Notes: generated from the letters alone by a model not told the origin. 64,000 nucleotides of DNA from an uncultured delta proteobacterium (GCA_963727485.1 CAVSGM010000001.1:128001-192000); one strand, 5' to 3'. Positions 38,813 through 49,565 are shown, counted from the stretch's first letter. Made by a program: numbers and translations.

Positions 38813-41348
38813 ATGCGCGTCACGCCGCGGTCGTCGACCGCCGTTCTCCTCTCGCTCGCGGTCTGCTCGCTGGTCGGCTGCCAGAAGGCCCCCGGGTTCT
38901 CCTACACCATCGATCCGTCCCTGACGCCGAGCCCGGCGACCCTCGGCGATCGGCCCCTGGCGCAGCTCTCGGATCCCGACGGGCTCGAGACCCTCTTCGT
39001 CGCCAACGCGGTGCTGGTGCGGCCCGGTAGCCGCAGCCAGCTCGACACGGTGCTCAAGGCGCTCAACGACCGCGGTCTCGAGGCGCATCTCGCCGGCGAC
39101 GACGCGGTCCCCGACCCGCCGCCCGCCTCCCAGAATCTCCGCCGACCCGGCCTCCTCGACGCCCACCACCTACCTCATCGAGCTGGACCCCACGAAGGCG
39201 CACGCCTACCTCGACGGCTTCGCGACCGACGCCGCGAAGGCAGGATTCCAGGGAAAGATCCGGGTGTCGGGGGTCGACGCGGCCGCCCTGCTCGCGGTCA
39301 CCATGCACCTGGCGGCCTCGGGGGTGGCGGCCGGGCCGGACTTCGTGTCCACCCCCGACAGCCTGACCTCGACCGCGGAGGCGCCCGACGGATCCGGGGG
39401 GAACCTCGACGCCTTCACCATGACGCCGTTCCTGGCCACCGGCTCCCGGTCCGACGTGGTCGGGGCCTGGCGGCTGGTCGACGCGGCGCCGGCGGGCACC
39501 TGGCACCGCGTGGGCCTGGTGGTTCTCGACGGGGGCTTCTGGATCGACGCCTCCGGCCGCCCCAACACCGCCTCGACCGGCGCCTGGAACTCCGATCTGC
39601 CCGCCCTGCCGATCCAGTACGACTTCAACGGCCGGGACCGCTTCGCCGGGGGGATGAACCCGAGCCAGTGCACCGGCGGCTTTCCGTGTCCCTGGCACGG
39701 CAACGGCAGCGCCGGGGTCGCCGCGGGGATTCTCGACAACCGCTACGGCGGCGCCGGCACCGGCGGGCTGGTGGCCGACCCCTGGCTGTTCAAGACGGAC
39801 TACTCGGACAGCCAGGTGACCCGCGCCCTGCGGACGGCGGTGGCCTGGCACGCGGGGGTAATCTCCATGAGCTTCGGTGGGTCCTGCGGGGACTTCTGCC
39901 GCTTCGGCCGGCACTTCGACGGCTACTACGACGCCTTCGGGGCCGCCCGCACCCACGGCCTGGTCCTGGTCGCGGCCGCCGGGAACGACAACGCCGACGT
40001 CGACCGGCGGCACGAGTTTCCCTGCAACCTCGACGGGGTCATCTGCGTCGGGGCGCTCGCCGGCGGGACCTCCAACAAGATATCCTACTCGAACTACGGC
40101 AGCCACGTAGACATCTGGGCCCCGACCGACATCACGGTCATGCCCAACGGCCAGACCGCCCCCGCGACGGCCAACCACAACGGGACCAGCGCCTCGGCTC
40201 CGTTCGTGGCGGGCATCGCGGCGATGCTCAAGGCCTTCGACCCGTCCCTGACCTCCGACCAGGTACGCGACCTGCTGCGCGACCACGCCTGGACCGACTC
40301 GGCGGATCCCGACGTCGACCGCTACGTCGACGCCCACCGCTCGCTCGCCGCCGTGGCTCCGGGGGTCGACATCGCGCCGCTCATCTCCGTGTCGCTTCCG
40401 GGTCGGACCACCCTCGACGTCGATCTCAACCGTGGCTTCCAGGTCCTGGCGACGACCTCCGACGTCGAGGACGGCACCCCCTGCTGCCAGGTGACCTGGA
40501 CGCCGGCCCCGGTCGTGTCCAACGCCGGGGGGCGATCCGCCGTCCTCGACCTCCACTCGACCGGGACGCAGACCATCACCGCCGTCGCCACCGACAGCGG
40601 AGGCGCGACCGCCCAGGCGACCCTCGAGGTGACCGTGCACAACCAGGCGCCGGTGGTGGGCATCGAGGAGCCCCTCGATGGGCACCTCGTGCTCTCCGGG
40701 GCAAACTTGCAGCTCCGGGGGACCGCCACCGACGCCAACGAGGGGCCCGGGCCCGACCCCGGTGCCCTGCCGTGCGGCGCGCTGCACTGGAGCAGCGACG
40801 ACCCCGGCGACGTGGGGCTCCCGGCCACCGGCTGCGATCTCACCGTCCAGTTCTCCACCCCCGGGAACCGGGTGGTGACGCTCGAAGCCCATGATCCCGA
40901 GGGGCTGGTCGGCTCCACGCAGGTCAACCTGGTGGTCGGCGCGCCCCCGACCAACTATCCGCCGACGATCCACGTGGGCAGCCTGCCTGCGTTCACCTAC
41001 AACGGCGACGGCTACCCGATGACCAACGCCCTGTCGTTCACCGCCAGCGCCACGGATCCCGAGGGGAACACCCCGATCCAGTTCAGATGGAGCGCGACCA
41101 CATTCCGGCCCGGCCAGGATTCTTCCGTGTACGTCGGCGCCGCCCCCGTGGGGGCCGCCACCACGGCCACCGGCAACCTCGACTGGACGCCCTCGAGCAC
41201 GCCGGACCTGTTCATCCCGGACTGCACCGGGGCCAACGCCTACCTGGGCCAGAAGGTCGAGCTCACCGTGCTGGCCAGCGACTCCCTGGGCTACTCGAGC
41301 TCCGTGACCTTGCCGGCGTTCAGGGTCTACAAGTGCACCCTGAACTAG
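38813..41348 (+). CDS. S8 subtilisin-like serine protease lipoprotein with C-terminal Ig/PKD-like domains, frameshift ~39132
   Basis: Lipobox LVGC; catalytic D (VLDGG), H (HGNGSAGV), N (AAAGND), S (NGTSASAPFVAG). Confidence 0.88.
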
Positions 41349-42812
41349 GACGCCGCGGCGTCCTTGGGCGTGAGCCGGTACCGGCCCGCGTCGAAGCGCC
41401 ACGTCCGCAGGCGGTACTCCAGGGTGAAGCCGGGCCACAGGGTGGTGTTCCGTCCGTCCCGGGTCCGGTACCAGCTCACGCAGCCGCTGCTCCAGACCGT
41501 CCGTGGGAAGCGGCGGGCGAGATTGGCGTTGAACTTCGCCTGGGCCTCGGGCTCGACCTCCACCGCCGCGAGGCCCCGGCGGCGCATGGTGCGCACCGCC
41601 TCGAGGATGTACCGGGCCTGGCTCTCGATCATGAGGATCATGGAGCTGTGCCCCAGCCCGGTGTTGGGCCCGACGATGAAGAAGAGGTTGGGGAAGCCGG
41701 CGACGGTGGTGCCGAGGTAGGCCTGGGGTCCGTCGGCCCAGGCGGCGTCGAGGTCGGTGTCGCCGGCGCGCAGCGGGAAGGGCGCGCCCACCTCGGCGGC
41801 CTGGAAGCCGGTGGCCAGCACGATGGCGTCCACCGGCCGGGCCACGCCGTCTTCGGTCTCGACGCCCTCGGGGCCCACCCGGACGATGGGGCTGGTGACG
41901 ACCTCCACGTGCTCCCGGCACAGGGCCGGGTAGTAGTCGTTGGACAGGAGGATGCGCTTGCAGCCCATGGTGAACTGCGGCGTGAGCGCCTCCCGGAGCG
42001 CCGGATCGGCGACCTGCCGCGCGAGGTGGCGGTAGGCCAGCCGGCTGGCGAGGCGGAGGATGCGCGGGTTGCGGACGAAGCCGTAGGCCAGCAGCTCGTG
42101 GCGCCAGTAGAGCGAGAGCCGGGCGAGCTGCTGGGCCACCGGGACCCTGGCGTAGAGGCGCCGGCGGCCCTCGGGGATGGGGCGGTCGGCCTTGGGGAGG
42201 ATCCACGGCGCGGTGCGCTGGTAAACGTGGAGCCGCGAGACCCGGTCGACGATGCCGGGGACGATCTGGATGGCGCTGGCGCCGGTGCCGATCACGGCCA
42301 CCCGCGCGCCGTCGAGGGGGCGGGTGTGGTCCCACCGGGCCGAGTGGAAGATCCGCCCGCGGAAGGAGTCGAGGCCCTCGAGGTCCGGGTACGACGGCCG
42401 GGAGAGCCCGCCGGTGGCGGCGACCAGGACCCGCGCCTCGAGGCGCTCGCCGCCGGCCTCCACCATCCAGGTGCCGCGCGCGGCGTCGTAGGTGGCGCCG
42501 GTGACGGGCGTGCCGAGGCGCAGGTGATCCGAGAGACCCAGGCGCGTCACCGCGTCCTCGAGGTAGGCCTCGATCTCCGCCTGGGGGGCGAAGGTCCGCG
42601 ACCATCCCGGGTTCGGGCAGGAACGAGAAGGAGTAGAGGTGGCTCTCGATGTCGCAGGCGGCGCCGGGGTAGGTGTTGTCGCGCCAGGTGCCGCCGACCC
42701 GGTCGGCCTGCTCGAGGATCACGAAGTCGTCGAGGCCCGCCGCCTTGAGCCTGGCGCCCAGGGCCAGCCCGGCGAAGCCGGCGCCGACGATGACGATGCG
42801 ATCCTCGCCCAT
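41345..42812 (-). CDS. Baeyer-Villiger-type flavin monooxygenase, frameshift ~42616
   Basis: 'IVGAGFAG', 'GGTWRDNTYPG', 'FRGRIFHSARWD', 'GTGASAIQ', 'ATGF'. Confidence 0.9.
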
Positions 42813-42985
42813 GGACGATCCATAACGCAGGGCCGCGGCGGAGGGCAGGGGCGGCCCCCCTCGGATGCGGCGCATCCGTCCTCCGTCCCGAGGCAGGCCC
42901 TGTCCCCGGCGGGGTGGTGCAAATGGTGCGGGCTGCTAGGTTGGGTCCGGGAGGGTTGTCCAGCCATGTACGTCACGGAGGCGCC

Positions 42986-44086
42986 ATGAAGGCCGTCGCG
43001 GTCAAGCCCAAGTCCAAGGAGGTGGTCCTCCTCGAAGACCACCCGGAGCCGAAGATCGCCGCACCCACCGAGGTGAAGCTGAAGATGCGCGCGGTGGGCA
43101 TCTGCGGCACCGACAAGGAGCTGGTCTCCTTCCGCTACGGCGACCCGCCCCCGGGGTCGGACTACCTGGTCATCGGCCACGAGTCCCTCGGCGTGGTGGA
43201 GGCGGTGGGCGAGGGCGTCAAAGGCTTCGCCGTGGGCGACCACGTGGTGCCCATCGTCCGCCGCCCCTGCGACCACCCGGATTGCGCCGCCTGCCGGGGC
43301 GAGCGCCCGGACTTCTGCTTCACCGGCGACTACACCGAGCGCGGGATCAAGCAGGCCCACGGTTACCTCACCGAGCACGTGGTGGTGGACCAGGCCTACC
43401 TCCAGCACGTGCCGGCGTCGCTCGGGATCCACGGGGTGCTCACCGAGCCCTTGACCATCGCCGAGAAGGCCATCGACCAGCTCCACGACGTGCAGCAGCG
43501 CCTCCCCTGGGGCGTGCGCCACCACCGGGCGGTGGTCATCGGCGCCGGGCCGGTGGGCCTCTTGGGGGCCATGGCGCTGATCGCCGACGGCCTCCACGTC
43601 ACCGTCTACTCCCTGGAGGCCGAGGACTCGGACCGGGCGCAGCTGGTTCGCCGCTTCGGCGCCGACTACGTGAGCTCCAAGGTCAGCGATCCGAGGCAGC
43701 TCGCCGAGCGGGTGGGGCGCATCGACGTGGTCTACGAGGCTGCCGGCGCGCCGCAGATCGCCTTCGAGGTGATGGAGGTGCTGGGCACCAACGGGGTGTT
43801 CCTGTTCACCGGCGTCCCCGGCCGCAAGACCCCGGTGGAGATCGAGACCGGCACCCTGATGAAGCGCCTGGTCCTCTCCAACCAGGTGATCCTGGGCACG
43901 GTGAACGCCGGGGTCCCCGCCTTCGAGGCGGCGGTGCGCGACCTCTCGTTCTTCCACGCGCGGTGGCCAAAGGTCATCGAGGCCATGGTCCACCCCTACC
44001 CGCTGGCCGAGTGGAAGACCCCGCTCCTCGAGGGGGGCGCGGGGATCAAGAACATCCTCGTCATCCACGAGGAGGACGCCGCGTGA
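42986..44086 (+). CDS. gdh: Zn-dependent (MDR-type) glucose 1-dehydrogenase
   Basis: 'GICGTDKE', 'GHESLG', 'VRRPC....C..C...RPDFC..G.Y.ERGI', 'EPLTIAEK', 'GTVNA'. Confidence 0.85.
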   Translation: MKAVAVKPKSKEVVLLEDHPEPKIAAPTEVKLKMRAVGICGTDKELVSFRYGDPPPGSDYLVIGHESLGVVEAVGEGVKGFAVGDHVVPIVRRPCDHPDCAACRGERPDFCFTGDYTERGIKQAHGYLTEHVVVDQAYLQHVPASLGIHGVLTEPLTIAEKAIDQLHDVQQRLPWGVRHHRAVVIGAGPVGLLGAMALIADGLHVTVYSLEAEDSDRAQLVRRFGADYVSSKVSDPRQLAERVGRIDVVYEAAGAPQIAFEVMEVLGTNGVFLFTGVPGRKTPVEIETGTLMKRLVLSNQVILGTVNAGVPAFEAAVRDLSFFHARWPKVIEAMVHPYPLAEWKTPLLEGGAGIKNILVIHEEDAA

Positions 44087-45888
44087 GGTACCAGCCCATC
44101 GAGAACTACGGGGTCATCGGCGACCTGCACACCGTGGCCCTGGTGGGCCTCGACGGCTCCCTCGACTTCCTCTCGTTTCCCCACTTCGACTCGCCGACGA
44201 TCTTCGCCGCCCTCCTCGACCACGAGAAGGGCGGCCGGTTCAAGATCGCCCCGATGCTCGAGGGGGTGAAGACGCGCCAGCTCTACCTCCCGGACACCAA
44301 CGTCCTGCTCACCCGCTTCCTCTCCGAGGAGGGCGTCGCCGAGATCACCGACTTCATGCCGGTGGAGGAGGCGGGTCACGCCCACAACGTCATCCGCCGG
44401 GTGCGCATGGTCCGCGGGGAGATGCGCTTCCACCTCCTCTGCGACCCGCGCTTCGACTACGGCCGGGCCAAGCACCAGACCCGCCACCAGGAGGGGATGG
44501 TCTACTTCGAGGCCCAGGACGCCCCCGAGCCCCTGGTCGTCCGCCTCCAGGCCGAGGGCGCCGACCTGAAGGTCCGAGAGGGCGCCGCCGTCGCCGAGTT
44601 CCGCCTCAAGGCCGGCGAGGTGGTCGACTTCATCCTCGAGCAGGTCAAGGGCGAGGACACCCCAAAGATCAGCGAGGCCTTCATCTCCGAGGCCTTCCAG
44701 CGGACGGTGAACTTCTGGCGCCGGTGGATCGGCCACTGCCAGTACACCGGCCGCTGGCGGGAGATGGTCAACCGGGCGGCGCTCACCTTGAAGCTGCTCA
44801 CCAGCAAGCCCCACGGGTCCCTGGTGGCGGCGCCGACCTTCGGCCTGCCCGAGCAGATCGGCGGCCCCCGCAACTGGGACTATCGCTACACCTGGATCCG
44901 CGACTCGTCGTTCACCCTCTTCGCCCTGCTGCGCCTCGGCTACCACGAGGAGGCCCACGCGTTCATGGACTGGGTGGAGGATCGGTGCCTTCAGCTCGCC
45001 AGCGGCGGCGGCCTGCAGATCATGTACGGCATCGACGGGCGCACCGAGCTCACCGAGGTCACCCTCGACCACTTCGAGGGCTACCGGGGCTCGAGGCCGG
45101 TGCGCATCGGCAACGCCGCCTACCAGCAGACCCAGCTCGACATCTACGGCGAGCTCCTCGACGCCGCCTACGTCTACGACACCCACGCCGAGCCCATCAG
45201 CTGGGACCTGTGGCAGTCGCTGGCGCGGCTGGTCGACTGGGTGTGCGAGCACTGGGAGACCCAGGACGAGGGCATCTGGGAGGTCAGAGGCGGCGCCAAG
45301 AGCTTCCTCTACTCGCGGCTGATGACCTGGGTGGCCATCGACCGGGGCCTGCGGCTGGCCCTCCAGCGCTCGTTCCCGGCGCCGCTCGAGCGGTGGATGC
45401 AGACCCGCGACGCGATCCACAAGGAGATCTTCGACAACTTCTGGGACCGCAACCGGAAGGCCTTCGTCCAGTACCAGGGCGGCAACGTCCTCGACGCCTC
45501 GACCCTGCTGATGCCGATCATGAAGATCATCGGCTTCAACGACCCCAGGTGGCGCTCGACCCTCAAGGCCATCGAGGAGGACCTGGTCTACGACGCCCTG
45601 GTCTACCGCTACCGCACCGACGACGGGCTCTCCGGCGACGAGGGCACCTTCTCCATGTGCTCGTTCTGGTACGTGGAGAACCTGGCCCAGGCCGGCGAGG
45701 TCGACCGGGCGCGGCTGACCTTCGAGAAGATGCTCGGCTACGCCAACCACCTCGGCCTCTACTCCGAGGAGCTGGGGCCGCGGGGCGAGCACCTGGGCAA
45801 CTTCCCACAGGCGTTCACCCACCTGGGGCTCATCACCTCGGCGCTGCGGTTGGACGAGGGGCTGTCGAAGGCCGGCTGGCGGGCGTAG
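44083..45888 (+). CDS. Glycoside hydrolase family 15 (trehalase/glucoamylase-like)
   Basis: 'AAPTFGLPE.IGG.RNWDYRYTWIRD', 'QLDIYGE', 'DEGIWE', 'GNFPQAFTH'; GTGA coupling to gdh. Confidence 0.93.
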   Translation: MRYQPIENYGVIGDLHTVALVGLDGSLDFLSFPHFDSPTIFAALLDHEKGGRFKIAPMLEGVKTRQLYLPDTNVLLTRFLSEEGVAEITDFMPVEEAGHAHNVIRRVRMVRGEMRFHLLCDPRFDYGRAKHQTRHQEGMVYFEAQDAPEPLVVRLQAEGADLKVREGAAVAEFRLKAGEVVDFILEQVKGEDTPKISEAFISEAFQRTVNFWRRWIGHCQYTGRWREMVNRAALTLKLLTSKPHGSLVAAPTFGLPEQIGGPRNWDYRYTWIRDSSFTLFALLRLGYHEEAHAFMDWVEDRCLQLASGGGLQIMYGIDGRTELTEVTLDHFEGYRGSRPVRIGNAAYQQTQLDIYGELLDAAYVYDTHAEPISWDLWQSLARLVDWVCEHWETQDEGIWEVRGGAKSFLYSRLMTWVAIDRGLRLALQRSFPAPLERWMQTRDAIHKEIFDNFWDRNRKAFVQYQGGNVLDASTLLMPIMKIIGFNDPRWRSTLKAIEEDLVYDALVYRYRTDDGLSGDEGTFSMCSFWYVENLAQAGEVDRARLTFEKMLGYANHLGLYSEELGPRGEHLGNFPQAFTHLGLITSALRLDEGLSKAGWRA

Positions 45889-45891
45889 AGG

Positions 45892-45923
45892 CCCGCGTCG
45901 CTGCCGGGCCCGGGCGGCGCGGG
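45892..45923. terminator. GC-rich hairpin between convergent genes
   Basis: CCCGCGTCGC...GCGGCGCGGG stem (one G-U pair), no U-tract. Confidence 0.35.
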
Positions 45924-45924
45924 G

Positions 45925-47640
45925 CTACCGCGTCGCCTGCCAGGTCCCGGAGATCGCCTGGGACGACCCGCCGACGTCGATGGTGCCCTGCCACTGGCCG
46001 TTGAGCAGGCCCTCGCACACCAGGTCGTGGTCGTCGTCGTGGATCTCGGCGACGCCGGTGAGGTCCACCGTGCTCGGCTGGGCGGCGGCGAGCTGGGCGA
46101 GCTGGCTGTCGATCTGGTTGCCGATGGCCGTGAGCACCGTGCCGCAGGCGCTGAAGAGCTGGGCGTTGGTGAACACCGAGTACCCGGCGATGTTCAGGCC
46201 GTCGCCCTGGGTGCCGTCGGCGCCGTCGAGGTAGTCGGCGACCCGCTGGCAGTCGATGGAGCCGTTCAGGATGTCGCCGGTGCTCGTGGCCCCGGGGATG
46301 ACCTCGGGGTAGACGACCTGCATCAGGAAGAGGTGGAAGAGCTGGGCGTAGGGGATCTGCGCCTGGTGGCTGGGGACGTTGAACCGCGGGTCGGCGCGGG
46401 TCACCGGGTAGCTGGTGGTCACCTCGCCGACCTCGGTGCCGGCCAGGGCGAGCTTGCGCTGGTCGCAGCCGGGGGTCGCGGTCGGGTCGCAGTTGCCCAC
46501 GAAGGTGAAGATGGCGGTCTGCCACACCTCCTTGGCCGAGAGGCTCCCGCCGGCATCGCTGACGGTGAAGGTCCCCTCGACCTTGGGCTTGGTGACCACG
46601 CCCGCGGCCTGGCTCACCCAGGTGGCCCACTTGCGGAAGGTCGGCGGCACGTACTTGGCGTAGAGGTCGTTGAGGCCGCTGATGGCCGCGTTCTGGATGA
46701 AGCCGGGGACGCTGGTGGGGTCCACGCCGATCTGGTTCTCGATGAGCGTCACCAGGTAGAGCCCCGGGTCGGTGGGGTCGTTGAAGATCTGGCTGACGGT
46801 CTGGATGATGGTGCCCACCGTCCCCGGCATCGCCCCGCCCATGTCGTAGCTCGCCTGGTACTGGTAGGTGCCCACCAGCTGCACCCCGCGCTTGGTGAGG
46901 GTCACGGTGGTGGTGGCGGTCTGGCCGGCGGTGAGGCCGACGTTGGTGGTGCACCCGTCGGCGACCACCACCCCGGCGGCGTTCTTCGCCAGGGCCAGGA
47001 CGGTGACGTAGGTGCCGCCGGTGAGGTTCTGGAAGGTCAGCGAGCCGTTGCCGCTGAAGCCCTGGACCGTCTGCATCGGGACCAGGGGCGTGGGCATGGT
47101 CTGGAGGTTCAGGGCGTCGCAGGTCACCGACTGGTCCTCGACGTAGAGGTCCACGGCGGAGGCGGGCTGGGCGGTCTGGTCGGCGTAGGTCGCGGTCACG
47201 GTCAGGGACGCCGGGTCCACGTGGGGGGCGGTGACGGTGACGTCCACCGCGGCATCCCCGGCGTCGAGGCTCGAGACCACCACCTGGAAGCTGGCGGCGC
47301 CGGTGCCGGCGGTGAGGTCCACCGAGGCGGTGCCGTCGGCGCCGGTGGTGCCCTGGGCCGCCGAGAGGGTGCTCCCCGCGGCCGCGCCGGTGGTGGAGAA
47401 GGCGAGGGTCCGGCCGCTGACCGGCTGGCCGCCCTGGGTCAGCTTCGCGGTGATGGTGCCGGTGGACCCGGGGCCGAGGGTCATGGTCGCGCCGGTGGTG
47501 ATCTCGAGGGCGAAGGCCCCGCTGCCGCCGTCGGTCCCGCCGTCCGGCCCGTGGACCTTGATGATGGCCGAGTCGCCGCAGGCGGCGGCGAAGGCCAGGG
47601 TGGACAGCAGGGCGGCGGTGGCGACGAGGCGGCGGCGCAT
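45925..47640 (-). CDS. Lipoprotein with bacterial Ig-like (Big_1-like) domain and Cys-containing C-terminal region
   Basis: Lipobox AAAC; 'G.PVSG..L.F.....TTGADGTASV.L'; paired Cys. Confidence 0.75.
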   Translation of the reverse strand: MRRRLVATAALLSTLAFAAACGDSAIIKVHGPDGGTDGGSGAFALEITTGATMTLGPGSTGTITAKLTQGGQPVSGRTLAFSTTGAAAGSTLSAAQGTTGADGTASVDLTAGTGAASFQVVVSSLDAGDAAVDVTVTAPHVDPASLTVTATYADQTAQPASAVDLYVEDQSVTCDALNLQTMPTPLVPMQTVQGFSGNGSLTFQNLTGGTYVTVLALAKNAAGVVVADGCTTNVGLTAGQTATTTVTLTKRGVQLVGTYQYQASYDMGGAMPGTVGTIIQTVSQIFNDPTDPGLYLVTLIENQIGVDPTSVPGFIQNAAISGLNDLYAKYVPPTFRKWATWVSQAAGVVTKPKVEGTFTVSDAGGSLSAKEVWQTAIFTFVGNCDPTATPGCDQRKLALAGTEVGEVTTSYPVTRADPRFNVPSHQAQIPYAQLFHLFLMQVVYPEVIPGATSTGDILNGSIDCQRVADYLDGADGTQGDGLNIAGYSVFTNAQLFSACGTVLTAIGNQIDSQLAQLAAAQPSTVDLTGVAEIHDDDHDLVCEGLLNGQWQGTIDVGGSSQAISGTWQATR

Positions 47641-47834
47641 GGGCTTGGTCTCCTGGTGAGGCTCGGCGTGAGGCTCGGAGGGGACCGAGGATCCTACCTG
47701 ACCGGGGCGGATTCTGGCACTCCGCCAAGGGGAGGATGGGGGGATCCCGGGCCACCGGTCGCCCCCGCCGCCGCGTTGCGCCCGCCGCCCCCGGCTGGTA
47801 GGCTCTCCATCTCCGGTTCAACCCGCTGGAATCA

Positions 47835-47880
47835 CACGAAGAATTTTTTCGTGAATTCAGGACCCTCTCCCCACGTCCAA
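47835..47880 (+). promoter_or_regulatory. Putative ECF promoter (GTGAAT-N17-CGTCCA) overlapped by inverted repeat CACGAA-N7-TTCGTG
   Basis: -35 at 47851-47856, -10 at 47874-47879; palindrome 47835-47853; same motif recurs at 48544-48571. Confidence 0.6.
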
Positions 47881-47916
47881 GGGAGCCGGGCCCGAGGCGC
47901 GGGCATCGAGGGCCCC

Positions 47917-48538
47917 GTGGAGCTCGACGACAAGCAGCTGGTGGCGCGCAGCCTCGAGGGCGATGCCCGGGCCTTCGAGGCGTTGGTCCGTGCCTACCAG
48001 CGGCGGGTGTTTCGCGTGGCCTTCGGGATGCTCAAGAACCAGGAAGACGCGATGGACATCGCCCAGGAGGCCTTCGTGAAGGCCCACCAGAACCTCGACC
48101 GGTTCAAGGGCGACGCGGCGTTCTACACCTGGATCTACCGGATCACGACCAACCTCTGCATCGACCACCTGCGCCGGAAGCGGGGCGAGCACGTCGAGTA
48201 CGACGACGGGATCCGCCGCCAGGAGGCCGAGGGCGCCACCCTGGGCCTGCGTACCGCCAGCAAGCAGGGCTCCCCCCAGAAGCGGGCCCTCGACCACGAG
48301 CTCGCCGAGCAGCTCGAGGCGGCGCTGGCCACCCTCACCGACGCCCACCGGGAGATCCTGGTCCTCCGGGAGGTCGAGGGGCTCTCCTACGAGGAGCTCG
48401 CCGAGGCCCTTCGAGATCCCCAAGGGCACGGTGATGAGCCGGCTCTTCCACGCGCGCAAGAAGATGCAGCAGGCCCTCTCCGCCTACGTGGCCGGCGAGC
48501 CCACCGAGGGATCGCAGCCCCAGGAGGAGACCGGCTGA
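47917..48538 (+). CDS. ECF RNA polymerase sigma factor (RpoE-like), frameshift ~48410
   Basis: 'DAMDIAQEAFVKA', 'FYTWIYRITTN.CID', 'LREVEGLSYEELAE.L' then shifted 'EIPKGTVMSRLFHAR'. Confidence 0.92.
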
Positions 48539-48543
48539 CGGGG

Positions 48544-48571
48544 GTGAACAAAGCGCCGGCTCCCGCGTCCA
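48544..48571 (+). promoter_or_regulatory. Second putative ECF promoter (GTGAAC-N16-CGTCCA) before the anti-sigma gene
   Basis: Matches the motif upstream of the sigma gene. Confidence 0.55.
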
Positions 48572-48602
48572 TGACGGTGCCGGTCCCCAGCAGGTGAACG
48601 AG

Positions 48603-49122
48603 ATGGCCTTGGAGCACGAACCAGACACCCGGATCTCCGCCTACGTCGACGGCGAGCTCTCCGCCGAGGAGGCCAGGGCCTTCGAGGCCCGCCTCGCCGC
48701 CGAGCCGGGGCTCGCCGCCGAGGCCGAGGTCTACCGGGCCCTCGGAGACGCCCTGCGCCGGGACGCCGACCTCGCCGAGCAGTCCGTCGACTTCGACGGG
48801 TTCTACGAGGGCGTCGCCGCCCGGATCACGCCCCGGCCCGCAGCGCAGCCCGCGCCCCGCCCCGGCCGGAATCCGCCGCCTCGCCGCCGCCTTCGCCCGC
48901 CTCCTCCAGCGCCCGGCGCTCGCCGCCGCCGCCGCCGCCTTCCTCTTCGTGGTCGGGGCCGGGTCCTTCTACCTGGTCCACGCCAGCCGCACCCAGCCGT
49001 TCACCTTCGGCGGCGGGCCGGCGGTCATCGAGGACCTCTCGGTCGACGACGGCGGTGCGGTCGTCTACCGTACCCAGAGCAACACCACGGTCATCTGGCT
49101 CACCGCGAACAAGGGGACCTGA
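48603..49122 (+). CDS. Transmembrane anti-sigma factor, frameshift ~48870
   Basis: 'ISAYVDGELSAEEARAFEARL'; single TM, then periplasmic 'VIEDLSV....VVY.....TVIWL'. Confidence 0.85.
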
Positions 49123-49127
49123 CGTCC

Positions 49128-49565
49128 ATGCCCGCCGCCCGCCACGCCGCCCTCGCCGTCGTCCTCGCCGCCCTCCTCGCCCCCGCCGCCGCCCGGGCCG
49201 GCGGCTCGGTGACCGTGCGGGTCACCGTGATCCACGCGTCCAAGAAGGGCCACAAGGTCGACGCCCGCCTGCGCAGCCTCAAGCGCCAGCTCTCCAGCTT
49301 CGCCTTCACCAGCTACCAGCTGGTGGGCCAGCACTCGGTGAGCGTGGGCTTCGGCCAGACCGGCAAGGTCACCCTCCCCGGCGGCCGGGCCCTCCAGGTG
49401 GTGCCCCAGCGCCGGGACCCCGACGGCAAGCTCCGGGTGCGGCTGGTGATCAAGGGCCTGGTCGACACCACCTATGCCATCGCCCAGGGCGGCACCCTGA
49501 TCATCGGCGGGCCGCCCTACCAGGGCGGGGTCCTCATCCTCGCCGTCACCCAGACCGCCCGGTGA
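49128..49565 (+). CDS. Secreted beta-rich protein (mini-secretin-like pattern)
   Basis: Signal peptide ending ARA; 'VTVRVTVIHAS...TTYAIAQGGTLIIGGP....LILAVT'. Confidence 0.75.
   Translation: MPAARHAALAVVLAALLAPAAARAGGSVTVRVTVIHASKKGHKVDARLRSLKRQLSSFAFTSYQLVGQHSVSVGFGQTGKVTLPGGRALQVVPQRRDPDGKLRVRLVIKGLVDTTYAIAQGGTLIIGGPPYQGGVLILAVTQTAR

Noticed and set aside
47714..47730. TGGCAC as a sigma54 -24 element
   Set aside because: No TTGC at the -12 position
48594..49565. Anti-sigma fused to the secreted protein as one 323-aa ORF
   Set aside because: Artefact of the ~48870 frameshift; the corrected anti-sigma stops at 49122 and a new signal-peptide gene starts at 49128
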